From the NCBI RefSeq assembly GCF_009914755.1, contig NC_060933.1: a stretch of 64,000 bases of DNA. The stretch is one strand, 5' to 3'. A model generated the notes under the pieces. That model saw only the letters and a program-made list of their open reading frames with translations. It searched no databases and was not told where the DNA came from. Every line of letters begins with the position of its first letter. Within the stretch, counting starts at the first letter, position 1. The position numbers were made by a program, and so were the translations under genes. The DNA is from the human T2T-CHM13v2.0 reference genome, Homo sapiens. Positions 26,479-41,883 of this stretch are shown piece by piece.

Positions 26479-27259
26479 GCTGACACAGGACCTTTGCACC
26501 CGCTGACGGACACAGGGCCTTTGCACCCGCTGACGGACACAGGGCCTTTGCACCCGCTGACGGACACAGGGCCTTTGCACCCGCTGACGGACACAGGGCC
26601 TTTGCACCCGCTGACGGACACAGGGCCTTTGCACCCGCTGACGGACACAGGGCCTTTGCACCCGCTGACGGACACAGGGCCTTTGCACCCGCTGACGGAC
26701 ACAGGGCCTTTGCACCCGCTGACGGACACAGGGCCTTTGCACCCGCTGACGGACACAGGGCCTTTGCACCCGCTGACGGACACAGGGCCTTTGCACCCGC
26801 TGACGGACACAGGGCCTTTGCACCCGCTGACGGACACAGGGCCTTTGCACCCGCTGACGGACACAGGGCCTTTGCACCCGCTGACGGACACAGGGCCTTT
26901 GCACCCGCTGACGGACACAGGGCCTTTGCACCCGCTGACGGACACAGGGCCTTTGCACCCGCTGACGGACACAGGGCCTTTGCACCCGCTGACGGACACA
27001 GGGCCTTTGCACCCGCTGACGGACACAGGGCCTTTGCACCCGCTGACGGACACAGGGCCTTTGCACCCGCTGACGGACACAGGGCCTTTGCACCCGCTGA
27101 CGGACACAGGGCCTTTGCACCCGCTGACGGACACAGGGCCTTTGCACCCGCTGACGGACACAGGGCCTTTGCACCCGCTGACGGACACAGGGCCTTTGCA
27201 CCCGCTGACGGACACAGGGCCTTTGCACCCGCTGACGGACACAGGGCCTTTGCACCCGC
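26479..27259. repeat. 27-bp VNTR (CTGACGGACACAGGGCCTTTGCACCCG), ~29 copies
   Basis: Identical units after one degenerate first unit; gives 9-aa periodicity in three ORFs. Confidence 0.98.
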
Positions 27260-27932
27260 AGCTCCTCTGCCAGGACCCCCATCTCCCTGCAGCAGCAGGT
27301 GAGCTCCAGCTCATCCCCAGGGCCCAACTCGGGACTTCAGGGAAGCTGTCTCTGAGCTCCGGTGGCTCTCCCAGCACGAGGCTCCCTCCTCAGGGCCCTT
27401 GATGCGGCTGAACTTACATCCCCCCACACCCCGGACGAGGAGGCACAATTTGCTGGAGGAGCCGGGAACCCGGTAGACACAGCAGAGGCCTCTGTGGGTT
27501 CCCTGAAGGGCCAGATTTGGGGTCCAGCTGGCCCAGAGGGAAAGTGGCCAGCAGGGCTGCAGGTGAGGCCCTCCGTCCCTCTGGGCTACGTGGGCGGGCC
27601 GGCACCCCTGACTCCCAGGAGTGACCAGGAAGGCATTTGGCCCCTTTCAGAACAAGTCACTGGCCCCTGCTCATCTGGGGCTCCTGTTCTAGTAGCAGGG
27701 GTGGCAGGCTGGTTAAAAAAGAAATCCAGGTCTGCCATGGAGGAGGCAGAGGTGGCGAAGGAAGAGCCTGGGCCAGGACTCCGCCTCGTTGGAGCTAGCG
27801 GCTGGAGGGGAGCCTCTGAGGTCTGGCTGCCGGGGAGAGGGCTCTATGAGACCTGCTGGGTTCCCTCCCTGGGGTCCAGTGAGGGTGGGGGCGGCGGTGG
27901 AGGGGCTGTGAAGGTGGAACCCGGAGGAATGA

Positions 27933-28661
<729 letters not shown>

Positions 28662-31517
28662 CCTGGTCCTGTCTTAATCTCTAGCGTCTGGCCACAGCTG
28701 CCTCCCGCTCCTCCACCTTCTTCCAGTGGCCCTGGAGCCTCACTGCTCTCCTGGGCTTTCGTGCCTCCTGGATGCTCTGCCTACCCTCCGTCCCTCGAGA
28801 CCCCCAGGGCAGAGCAGCTGCCTCTAAGAGAGGTGGAGCCATTGGAATCACAAGGTCCCGGGGCCAGACCTGCTGAATCGGAATCTCAGGCGACCAGTGT
28901 GCAGGCTGGAGTCCACGATGGAATCTGGGGGGCAGCCCCTGAGGGCTGGGGGGCAGCCCATCCTCTGCTCCAAGCTGCAGGTCCTGGGACCTGCTGGTGC
29001 CTGTGGAACTGGCTCAGGATCTGGCCCTGGGAGGAAAGGGAGGCTCTTGGTCATCCGAAGGTGCCATGGTGTGAGGGTGAGTGAGGGAGAAGAGCATCCC
29101 AGGGCGGCGGAGGTGGCGGGAAGGTCCCCACCATGAGAAGAGGGACGTGGCACGTGGGGCTCCTCCGGGCCGGGGGTGCAGACGGTGCAGCACAGGTGCC
29201 AGCAGAGCCCTTTCCTCCAGGTGCCCACAGTCAGGCCACACTCCACCTGTCCACCCTGGCGCACCCCAGTGGGATGAATGCCGCCCCCACACCCCGTGCA
29301 TAGGGGCCTCCGGGGCGGGGAGGAGTCCCTGAGGTGTCCACGCTGCACCCCTGGCCTCCTGCCAGCCAGCCTCATGGCCGTGTGTCTGCTGGGGTTCAGG
29401 GAACTCGGAAGGGCTGGAGGGGAGGCCAAGGTCCCAGGAATGCACCCCAGAGCAATCCGGAGTGCCTCTGTGCAGTGGAGGGATGGGGAAGCGGGGCGTC
29501 GCCAGGGACTTGGGCTTCAATTCCCTAGTAACAACGATGGGCCAGGAAGCCACCCTGCTGAGCGCCTGCCCGGACGCTGGGCTCGGCGCACTGCCCTGCT
29601 GCTGCTAGAGCAGCCCCTGAGCCCCCAGCAAGTGCAGCCAAACACTGCCCGTTTCTGTGACCTTCATGCCGGATGCCCAGGAATGTGATCTCAGGAGAGA
29701 GAGAGCACTGGTGTCCCACCCCACCCTGCAGGTCGCCCCCCCCTCCACCCCTGCAGCCTGCCCATGCAAGCCCAGGGCTTCTCCAGATACAGAGAGCTCA
29801 CCTGGCTCCGGGCAGGGCGTGCCAGCAGGTGTGCAGGTGCACAGCCATCTGGAGGTGGCTGCTCCGTGACAGAACGGCCCCTGCTTTAGTGTCCATGGGG
29901 GAGGGTGTTTCCTGGTGCTTCTTACATACAAGCTGAAGGACGGAACAGGCAGCTGAAGATCACATAAACCACCTCACTTCCAAAAACCCTGGGCAGAGCA
30001 CATTTGCTTTTATTATGCTAATTCACCTTACCAGGACCAGGGCAGGAATGCCTGTCCATTTCAAGTCCTGCTATGCTCAAGCACTACTCTGTAACTGAAG
30101 CATGCATTTGCTTCAGAGATTCCTAAATCCCCCCAAGAAAGCAGCATCTGGGTGGGCCTGCAGCTCTGCCCCACTGAGAGGGTCTCACTTTCCTCAGTTT
30201 CTCCGGCCCTGGCCTATTGTCATTTGGTAGACCCCACTCCACTAGAGGCTAAGCCAGGGCCCAGTACAGTGGATCTGGCCGATGGTGCCAGCACACCTGC
30301 ACTGCGGGGGTCAAAGGGGACCCTGGCAGCTCAGATGCTGGGTGCATGGTGGGGTGGGTGGGGAGTGCTCACTGGCTTACAGACCAACCCGGCAGGCAGG
30401 CCCAGTGTGCTCCTGAGGGCAGAGCCAGGGTTCCCAAACCATTGGCCTCCCTTGTTTTGCTTTTCCCCTCGTCTCTGTGGTCCTGTGGTTAAAGTGAGGA
30501 CTGGGTGCCCTCATCTCGCAGCTGGAAGTTGCTGAAGGCTGGTCTGGAGATAAGAGACCTGCTCATCTGGCCCCATACCGAAAGCCCCACACGGAAAGCC
30601 CCCGTCTCTGGGCAGCCTCTGCTTCCCTGGGACCATCTTCTCCAGTGGACAGCAAGAGCCAAGGGACACAGCAGAGTTGACCAGCCAAGGGGGCCACACC
30701 CCTGTCCCCAGGAGGAAGCACCATTGCAGATGCTGACCCGAAAGCAAGAGTGTTGTGCCCCAGGCCCAGGAAGGCTGGGGTCAGACCCTGCTGTCCAGTC
30801 CCTGCACAGCCTTAGGCTGGGCCAGTTGGTCCAGGGAGAGCAGAGAGCAGGGAGGGAGCTGGGGGGAGCTGCCTGCACAGTTGGATGTGGCTCCTTCCCG
30901 GCCACTTCTCAGCCTTGCTCTGGCCTGCCACAGCGGTGCCCACAGAGTCTTGGCGGAAAGAACAGAACATCCCATGGCTCTGAGCCAGGTCCCTGGAAGG
31001 ATGGTGACCTGGGGCATCTGCTGTGCCCTTGGCCAGCTGGCATGGGCACGGAGCGGGCTGCATCATCCCCTGGGGAGGAGGTCGGCTCCCGCAGGGCCTG
31101 GGACATCTGTGGGCATCTTGTCAGGCAACTTTGGGTCTCTTTTGCAGAAGAAAACTGGGTGAGTATTTTGGTTCTTGTCAGCGGTTGCAGAGCCCGTGCC
31201 TCCCTCTGCTCCTGAATTAGGGCAGTGCCGTTTTGGGTTCCGTATGCCCTCCCTCGGTTTAAATTGGATGCTCTAATCGTCTTCCTCTTTTGTCCTAAAT
31301 TTCCCTCTAATGTTTTATGCAGCTGTAAAGCAGCTGCTGCCTCCTGCTCCAGAGAAGGCTGAGGGTCGGGCGGCTGCAGTGACTCACCTCCTCCCGGGAG
31401 GCACGGCAGAGCCCCTTGGCCAAGTCAGGCTCAGGGGACAGCCACTGTCCTTTGCAGGAAACATGTGAGAGCTGGGCTTGGGAAAGCCTTTGGCAGCATC
31501 TAGAGGCTCCCAGATAG

Positions 31518-32291
<774 letters not shown>

Positions 32292-34415
32292 TGAGGAGAG
32301 GGTCTGCCCAGTTTTGGTGGAAGGAACAGGGCACCAGCCTCCAGTGCTGCTTCTGCAATCCCATGGCCCCGACCCAGGCCCCAACCCAGGCCCTGGTAAG
32401 ACGGTGACCCAGGGAATCTGGAGCTCCCTGGCCCACTGCGGCAGCCGTGCCACAGGTGACATCGTGAGCCCCGCCCCCCCGCCCCCCGCCCTGAGTCCAA
32501 CCCCAGCCCTGGTTCCTTCTCCCTGAACTTCCCACCTGGGGACAGAATGCGGGCCTAGGGCTTTCCCTGGGGGTGACCTGAGAACAGCTAGTCCAGCACC
32601 TCACCTCACTGCACGCTGTAGGCCCAGCCTCCCTGGGTTCCCGCCCCCTTATCTCACAGGAAGAGCTGGGCCTGGAGAGGGGCAGATGGCTGCACAGCCT
32701 CACGAGGGGCCGGGGAGCCGCACCTCTTCCTGCCAATCAGCCCAGCAACCGGCGACCCCAAGCGCGGCGACCGCAAAGGGAGTGCTTGCCCATCCGCGTT
32801 TGAAAGCAGACTTTTTCTCGGCAGGAACACAGGACTCACCTGCCAGTGGCTACCCAGGCAGGGGCTTCCCTGTTCCTCAAGGGGCCGGAGTCCCTCCGTT
32901 CTTTGGGGGACCATCTGAGGGAGCACGGGAAGGAGCCATGGATGTGGAGGGCGGCAGAGCCAGGACGTGAGACACGACAGCAGAAAACACTTGGGCACAC
33001 AAATGCCACACCCCCACACGCACATACGTGCACACATACATGTGCCAGGCACGCACCCCAGCCAGGTGGAGGAGGGTGGGGGTCAAACCAGGCTGCACCG
33101 AGCACAGGTGGTGGCTGAGTTCCGGTTGGCCCAGCTCCAGGCTGTGGGGAGAAGAGAGATGGCGGCATTCTTTCGGACGCTTTTATCCACTATGGGAGCA
33201 GGAAGACAGCCAGGGTTATCACAGCACAATTTGAAAAACATACAAATAATTCATGTCAGCATAACGTCATGGTGTTGTCAATAATGAATCCACACTTAAA
33301 ACCCAGATTGATAGCTTCAAAGGGCAGCCCCCACCCCTGGACAGGTAGGCAGGGCGCAGAGCCAGCCCCTCTTGGTTCTGAGAAGCAAACTCGGAAGCAG
33401 TTCAGGTCAGAGGAGTCCAGGGACCGCCCTTGCTGGGAGGAAATGGGTGCAGTGCGGCCCAGCGCAGTGAGCGGGGCCAAGGGTCTAGCAGCACTCGAGT
33501 TCTGCCCAAAGACGAGAGAGAGGGTGCCGGCCTACGTGCGCCCGCTGGGAAGAACTGGAAATCCATGTGCTCCCGTTCTGCGAATCCCTTCACCAGGGCG
33601 TCGGCCACCGGAGTGGGAAAAAACCTCTCCCGGCGTGAGAGCTGGGGGCAGGCCCAAGGTGCTAGGGGCTCCCGGGAGGACTGGCCATGGCCACCCAGCA
33701 TCCCTGTGCCTGGCCTGGGCCTCGGTGGCCAGTCCTCCTCGGCTGCAGACCCCAGTGAGGACAGGGACCTCACCACCCACTGCCTGGCTTCTGAGGCAGC
33801 AGTGCCCCCATTAAACCTGAGATGAACTTCTCTGGGTCTTTCAGGAAGGAGCCCCGCCCCAGCATCTGGGCTCCCAGGACGAGGGCAGTCACTAAGTGGT
33901 GATGTCATGTCACTCATCGGCCTCTTCTGCCTGTGGCCATACAACAGGCCCAGGCCTGTCCCATCCCGAGGGAGGCAGATCCTGGCTGGAGCTGGCGGAG
34001 ACTTACGGCCACACCCTGCCAAGGTGTGCCCACTGGGACCCGGGCCCAGCCTGTCACGGCGCCTCTCCCTGTGCCATCCGCCAGCCCAGGCTTGATTGAG
34101 CTCCATATGAATATTCATACAGCATTCTGCTGGGACCGTCGTTAATATTCTGAGGAAGCGGCAAGAATGCCCGTCCCCATGTCGTGAGCCATGGTCAACG
34201 TGCTGCTGACACGATGGTGGCTGTGGATTTTTCGGATGCAATTGTCAGGCCTCCAGGCTCAGGAGGGTGGAGGCAGCACCGCCATCTCCAGGCCCCACCA
34301 GCACCCGTCCTCTGACCACGGACCTCCCAGGCACCCCACCTGCCCCCTGGCCTTTGCCTACCACCGTGTCCTTACCTGACCCAACCTCGACCAAATGCCC
34401 CTCTTCCTCACCGCT

Positions 34416-34523
34416 CCTGCCCCTGCTTCTCCTCCTCAGCCCTGACCCCTCTGCCCTCCCCGCCCTGCCTCCTGCCCCTGCTTCTCCTCCTCAGCCCTGA
34501 CCCCTCTCCCCTCCCCGCCCTGC
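34416..34523. repeat. C-rich ~56-bp tandem duplication
   Basis: cctgcccctgcttctcctcctcagccctgacccctct.ccctccccgccctgc twice. Confidence 0.8.
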
Positions 34524-37500
34524 ATTTACCCCACGCCCACAGCCCTCACAGGGCGGGGACACCGAGGTTCTCCCATAAATTAACCAAGCCCCTTTACGAA
34601 GCCCCTTCCCAAATAGAGCCGGCGCCCTCCTCCCCTGGGCCCGGGTCACCGCTGGGTCAGCGCCTACCGGCTCCCCAGGCCTGCCCCATGCCCTCAGCTA
34701 GAGGCAAACCCAAGCTCATGGGCGCAGCGAAGCTGGCAGGAGGGGCCCTGGGGGCTGTGGCTCACCCCTGCATGGCCCTCCTGCTGCCCTGAGAGCCCCT
34801 TGGCTCCGGCTGTCCCCATTAGTCGGGTAGGACTCTTGGGCCCCGCCCCACCTGCCCCTTCCAGTCTCCGCCCAGGTCAGGACGGCAGGTGGCCCCAGCA
34901 GGGCTGGCCTGAGATGGAGGAACGCGGCCCCGACCCGGGCTATGGGGAGACTCTGGATGTGGTGGTGGATCCGCTGACGGGGCTTTGGGATGTGATTATT
35001 TCCTGGGGGCTGACGGTAGCCCAGGAGCACCAAGACCCAGCTCTGCCTTCCGCCTCCCACGGGGCCTCTCCTCTGCAGGAGGCCATACAAGGACTGCACG
35101 GAAGGGGAGCGGCCCCGCAGGGAGGGGGCGCCTGGCAGCCCGCCCGCCGCAGCAGCCTGCAACCCCGCCCCCAGGCGCAGTGCGCGCCACAGCAGCCCTG
35201 CCAGAGCCCGTGTGACACAGCTGCCGGCATGCCTGGGCACGCTGCCCAGCTGGGCTGGGGGAGGGGCGCCGGGCCAGGAGCCGCTGAATCAGCTGCACCC
35301 GGACGGCCCCGCCTGGGCAAGGATGCTGCTGCGGCGGGGCGCTCTCTCTTTTGGGAACCGTCAGGAGGCGCGCCAGGCGGTGGGGTGGGGGGTGTTTCTG
35401 GACTGCGGCCTCTGCAGCCTGCTGCATGGGAAGTGCGGCTCACCGGGGCTGGGTGCAGGGCAGCCCCCGCCTCTGAGGGCATGAGCGGAGGCCTGCAGGG
35501 AGGGCCTGGGCAGAGAGGGGCCCTTTCCAAAGGGGACCCATAAGGAAGAAGAGAAACGCACTGGCCTCTGCAGATCGAAGCACGTTTGTCTCCCCCAGAA
35601 AACGCTGAATCAGCACTCACAGCACTGCCAGGGCCCGCGCCCTCCTCCGATCGCACGCTGGAGGGGACAGGCCCTTCCAAGATCACGGAGCATCAATATC
35701 ACCATCGACGCAGCGGCACCGGGGGAGTCATGCTCTGGTCTGGAGTGGGGGCCGCGCCTGGCCCTGCCGTCCTTCCTGCTGGGGGCTGTGTTTGGAGCCG
35801 GGCACCTTCCCCCTCAGCCCCTGCTGTCCTGTCCTGCCCCCTGCGGAGGGGCGGGAGGTGGAGGACATTCCTGTGTGTGTGCGTTTGGGGTGGTTTTGCC
35901 TGTGGAGGCTGCACATGGGGGCTCTGACGGGGCAGCCTTCCGAGGCCACCCTGTGCTGGGGATGGGACAGCACGTGGCCCATCTTGACCGAGCATCTTAG
36001 ATCTTGAAATCCCCAGCACCACCCCCTTCCAGCCACTGCCTGCCCTCTGCTGGCTCCTCAGCTTGGATTCCACTTTTCAGCAACAGAGACCCCCGGTCTG
36101 GTGCCCAAGCTGGTGTCCCCGTGTGGTGGACGACGGGGAAAGGGGGGCTCTGGGAGCCACTCGGCACAATCCCCCTGGGCCAGGCACAGACTGAAAATCA
36201 GACCCCACTAAGTCAACAGCCCCGGGCTGGCTTTGGTGGCTTCCTCCACACCCCACGCCCGGCTGTGACTTCCTGACTCAGCACTCTGTTCAGCCTGAGA
36301 TGGAGCCGCTCCCCACCTCCAGGCCTCCCTCCCACCCGTCTCCACCCAGGGGCCGCCCTCCCCAGAGCCCCTCTGATTCCTCCCTCCCCGGCCCGCCCAG
36401 CTCCCCCTCAGCTTCGCGCCTGCCTTGGGCTGGACACCTTCTCTGTGGTCCAGGCTCAGGGATTGGTCCAGGGCCGCCCACCCTCCCCCATCCCCCAGGC
36501 CGAACACTGACCTCTGGTGCCAGGCTCCTCACTGCCAAACCCATGACTCCCAAACCCACTGCTGTCACTGGGGGCCTCTCATCCAGCCAGCGCCGGGCAG
36601 CTCTGATTCCAGAACCTTCCCGGCACGTTCCTGACCTCCAGGCCAGTCTGCAGCTACCTCCACTTCCCACCGTCCCCAGGAGCAGCCAGCGGCCCTCCCT
36701 GCCCACACCTGTCCTTCCCAGCTCACTCAGGTCCGGCCGCCACCCTGAGTCCCCGGGGCCACTTCCCTCCTTCGCAGGCAACCGAGGCCACTTGCAGTGG
36801 GAGGGGAACCGCTGTATGGACCAGCCGCCTCGTAAGGATGGATCCTGTCTCCTAACCGGCTCCCAACTCCCTCCGAAGCGGCTGCGCGCTGCCTGAGATC
36901 TCTGCAGGAAGCCGCAGCGGCCACATGCTTAGGTTCTGTCTCAACACCTTCCCGGTCCTCGACTCCTCACCACTGCTGGAAGCTTCTGGAAGCCTCCAGG
37001 CCTGCAGGTCACTCCTGTGTTTTCAGACATGTGGAGCCCACCACCAGCAAATCAGGCTGTTCTAAATGTGACGTGTCCGTGGAAAGCGCTGGTCCCCCAG
37101 CAGTGGTCCTGGCACGTCTCCCCACCCAGCAGAAACACAGCTGCTGCTGGGAGGGCCCAGGAGGCCCAAGACAGACAGCCCCAGACATACAGCACCATCG
37201 GCGGTCCCTGGAGATCCCTCTCTGGGTGGCACCCTTACCAGTCACTGCAGCATGGTCTGGTCTGGGTGTCTGTCACTGTGGACAAAGGGCCTGGGGACAA
37301 CCTCCAAGTAGCTCCGGCCTTCCTTGGAGCCGTGGCCCTTGCACAGCTCAGCCGGTCATCTGGGACCTCAAGGGGAGAACAACTTTGAAAACAGAACCTG
37401 TCAAACAGGGGAAACGCCTGGTTAATACAGCCCGAGGATGGCAGGTCTGCTGGGGAGCGGTCGTAAGCAGCTCCACCGCCCCTCAGATCCCCCACAGGGC

Positions 37501-37609
37501 TCTTCAGCACCCCCCAGAGGAGCCGGGTTAGCGGGGCTCCCGCAAGGAACACACTGTGGCCATGGGGAAGCTCCTTGGCTCTTGGAGCCTGTGACATGCC
37601 TCTGCCCGG

Positions 37610-37738
37610 GGAATGGCCTGAGCCTAGGAGGTCGAGGCTGCAGTGAGCCGTGATCGTGGCCACTGCAGCTTTGGCAACAGAGCGAGACCCCATCTCTGAA
37701 AAAAAATAAAAAATGGAAAAACGGAAAGAAAAAAAAAA
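37610..37738 (+). mobile_element. AluJ-like right-arm fragment
   Basis: gaggtcgaggctgcagtgagccgtgatcg...gcaacagagcgagacccc followed by an A-rich tail. Confidence 0.85.
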
Positions 37739-38494
37739 GCCCTTGTTATAATCCAGCTGAGTGGCTCCTTCTGTGGGAACTGCTTCCTTGGGTCTGATGA
37801 GACATTCAGTGGTCACTGTGGCGCCTGTCCCTGTACTCAGTGGTCCCATGGGCTGGTGGCTCCTGTACACGACAGTGTGGATGAGGCGTTGCCACTGTCG
37901 CGGGGAGTTCTATCAGATGGAGATGGCCCAGGCAGGGAACAGCAGAAAACATGCCAAATCCACTGAAAACCAGAGTGAAGCCAGGCGGGGAAGGCCAGGG
38001 AAGCCCCCAGGGAAGGCAGGAGCCCTTGTGCAGCCTCTCTGGTGTGGTGCGTGGCCGGGTGTGACCACAGTCAAAGGCATAGCCACCTTCGCCCACACCT
38101 GGCAAAACAACAAGACCAGGCAGCTCTCCCAGGCCGAGCCTCAGACGGCCCGTTTGCTAACTGCCCCGGCTTTGTGTGCACAGGTAAGGCTGCGTGTCCA
38201 GGCCCTGAGCCCACCTCAGGACTCGGCTGTGGCCTGGCACCCCCTGTGGGGCACACAGAGCCCCCAGACCTTCGGATCAGAAGGCTGGTCTGGGAAGCAG
38301 TGCTCCACACCAAGCTTCAGCCCTAGGTTTGGTAAAACAAGTGTCACCCTCCTAAGCTTTTCAGGGGCAAACATTTTTGTAAGGATTTCACAAACTCTGC
38401 CATCAAAAACAAAACCCCAGCAGTTTGGTGAAACAGTTCCACAAAACTCTACAATGGATAGGTTGTTACGTAATGGAATCCAGAGTTTTCCTTT

Positions 38495-38794
38495 ATTTTC
38501 TTGAGAAGGGGTCTTGCTCTGTCACCGAGGGTGGAGAGCAGTGACAAAATCATGGTTCACTGTAGCCTCAACCCCTCCCCGGCCTGGGCTCAAACAATCC
38601 TGCCCACTCAGCCTCCGGAGTAGCTGGAACTAGAGGTGAGCACCACTACACCTGACTCATTTGAAAATATTTTTTTGTAGAGATGGGGTCTCCCTGCTGC
38701 CCAGGCTGATCTGGAACTCCTGGGTTCAAGCGACCCTCCCGCCTTGGCCTCCCAAAGTGTTGGAATTACAGGTGTGAGCCACTGCACCCGGCTG
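38495..38794 (-). mobile_element. AluJ-like element
   Basis: Diverged antisense Alu ending gtgagccactgcacccggc. Confidence 0.88.
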
Positions 38795-38963
38795 GTTTCC
38801 CTTTAAGTGACACTTTCTTGCCATAATGACTGCCTGGGAGGAAATCGTTGTCATCTTCACGTTGTTAGAAGCCTTTGCAAGTGAAAAAATGAGAAACGTG
38901 AACTTCCTCCCTTCACAGAAACTAAGAAAGCCTTTACAAAGCAAAGATTCTACAATAGTATGA

Positions 38964-39260
<297 letters not shown>

Positions 39261-39396
39261 TAAGAACTTTGGTTTTATTTTTCTTCCAACCTTTTTTCGT
39301 GTGTGCGCATCTTCCCGAGGTGGATCGGGCTGTCCTTACTCACAGCCCTGAGGCCTCTTTCCTTTCAGCAGCGTCGGAAACACCACCTCAGCTTTA

Positions 39397-39723
<327 letters not shown>

Positions 39724-40008
39724 TCAGCCGAATGCAACCTCCACCGGCCTGCACAGCAGTGTCCCGGTGACTGCCCTGCTGACAAATCTTTGCCTGTCAG
39801 CTAGGCTATCTCCCCAGGGCAGCTTCCCATAAGGAGAACCCTGGCCTCAGGGGCTCCTTCCCCAGCACGGCAACAAGTGTTTGGGAAAACTTTCCCATCT
39901 TACACAAGATGATTTCTATGGTGCTCTGGGTGATTATTATGTCCTTCAAAACGGAATAAAACAATTGAACTTTAAGCAATCACTCCATCAACACATTAAA
40001 AAAATAGG

Positions 40009-40014
40009 TTTAAT
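40009..40014 (-). terminator. TMEM250: TMEM250 poly(A) signal (ATTAAA), cleavage near 39990
   Basis: Minus-strand ATTAAA followed by a U-run and a GU-rich downstream element (tgtgttgatggagtgattg); implies a ~1.9-kb 3' UTR. Confidence 0.75.
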
Positions 40015-41883
40015 GCAGGTGGGTCATGGCATGACGAATTTCACAGGCACCGGGGACAGCAGGCGGCCAGGTGCTCAGAGGGCACCAAGGTGCCACAACT
40101 CCCTGCAGCGTTGACACCGCACGAGCGGCACCACCAGCCCCCTCCCGCCTCCCGTCCCACCTTCACCCTCAGCCAAGAGGCTTGGGTGACTCTGAGTAAT
40201 ACGTTAACAAAAAACAAAGCTTCTTTGAGGAAACAGCATGACTTAGTGCAAAAGATTCTCTGCAGCAAGAAATGAGGCCCACGCAGGGAAGCTCCCGCCT
40301 ACCTGCCCAGGGCGTGGACGCAGCCCGGGCTCATCAGAGGTCATCCACAGAAGCTGCCGATAAATTAGAGAGCACGGTTTACGGCCAGAGATTTTTTGCT
40401 TTCTCTACCTGATTTAGGGTTTTTCAAAAAGTTTCTCTTCCAGTGGCACACAACTGTCCTCATGGCTCCTGGGCCACTGGTCCGCCTGACAGGGTAGGGT
40501 CACAAGTCCCACCCATGCCCAGAGTGTGGGGACATGGATTTGAGGTGACACTAGGGTTGTCAGTACCACACCCTGTGTCCTGCTCTAGGGTAGCCTCTGC
40601 CTGTTGTCCTTGCAATCATTATTCAGGGCGCCCTCCCACTTGCCCCCAAAGTCACACGGCCATGGGCAGTCCACCATAGTGCTGCCGTGACTGCAAGGCT
40701 GAGGAGCAGAGCAAGGGGTCCTGGGTGAGACCTCGGCCCATGGTGGCCACCCTCCCTGAACACAGGCATCTGCGCCCCTCCAGCCCACCTGCCCCTGTGC
40801 CATCATTTGGGCCCCCCAGACACTGGAGGACAGCGTGAGATAAGATCTCAGCATATACCTGGGGCTCTAAGATGCTGCTGGTGCCACACAGGCTCTGGGG
40901 CTGTGTTTGCCGCACTGAGGCCTCTGCCGCCTGCTCCGGACACTTGGGACACGCGTTTCCATCCTGGCTCACTGAAGCCTCGATCTCCCAGGCTTTCTTT
41001 GACGGTGTTCCCTCAAAGAAAGAGGCCCAAAGCCCTCCCCCGCAAAAAAAGCCAGAAAGGAATGGAGGTGCCTCCGCAGAAATCCAGAGCATCTGCAAGA
41101 CATCCTCACAGCCCTCCCAGAACAGGCAGACAGGCCAGTGTTGCTGGAGTCAGCCCCTGGCTCCCAGGGTTCCCCCCAGGCCAGCCCCTGAGCTGGGAGC
41201 CTGCTGAGGCCCCTCCCACCTGAGCCCTTCTCCGGCCCCCCGCTAGACTGCATCTACACAATCCAAGGGGACCCTGAAGGCTGGCTGGGGACTCAGGACC
41301 CACACAGCCCCTCAGGATGACACACACAGGGTGGTCCGCGGGCAGTGCCAGGCCTCAGGCGGCCCAGGGCAGAGTAAGCAGCTTTGTGGCAGTGTGGTGT
41401 GTCAGCGAGGGGAGCCTTCCGTGTCCCGTTGGCTGGGGCTGGGGCCAGGGCACGCAGAAGGGGCTGTGCAGCCAGGAGGGCCCCCCTCCGGAATTGCTCC
41501 TGGGCACACAGCCCTCTGTGTCCAGGGGCCTCCCAGGGTGATGTCTAAAGTCCCTGGCAGCTGTGGTCCTGGAGAGAGGCCCACAGAGAGGCGGAACGGA
41601 GGGCCCACCCCGCAGTACGACCCGAAGACATGTGAGCAGGAGCCACCGGCAGGTGGGCGCTGCCCCTGAGAGTGCATACGGGGAGGGTGGGTCCAGGAAG
41701 CCAGCCTAGGGGTGGTGTCCGCGCCCCCATCACAGAAGTCTCAGCCCTTTCTTTTCTCTCCGTGGGCGCCGGGCAGCAGCGACTGCCTGGGGGATGGGCG
41801 AAGGGAAGGCGCTGGCCGACCCCACCCATGGAGAGAACACAGCCACAGGCCGGGACGATACATCAAGCTCGCACCCACGGCCC

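Noticed and set aside
26479-27259. CRISPR-like array, or repeat-protein genes (302-336 aa ORFs)
   Set aside because: Units are contiguous with no unique spacers and there are no cas genes. The ORFs arise because a 27-bp unit lacks stops in three frames, and no splice or promoter support was seen.
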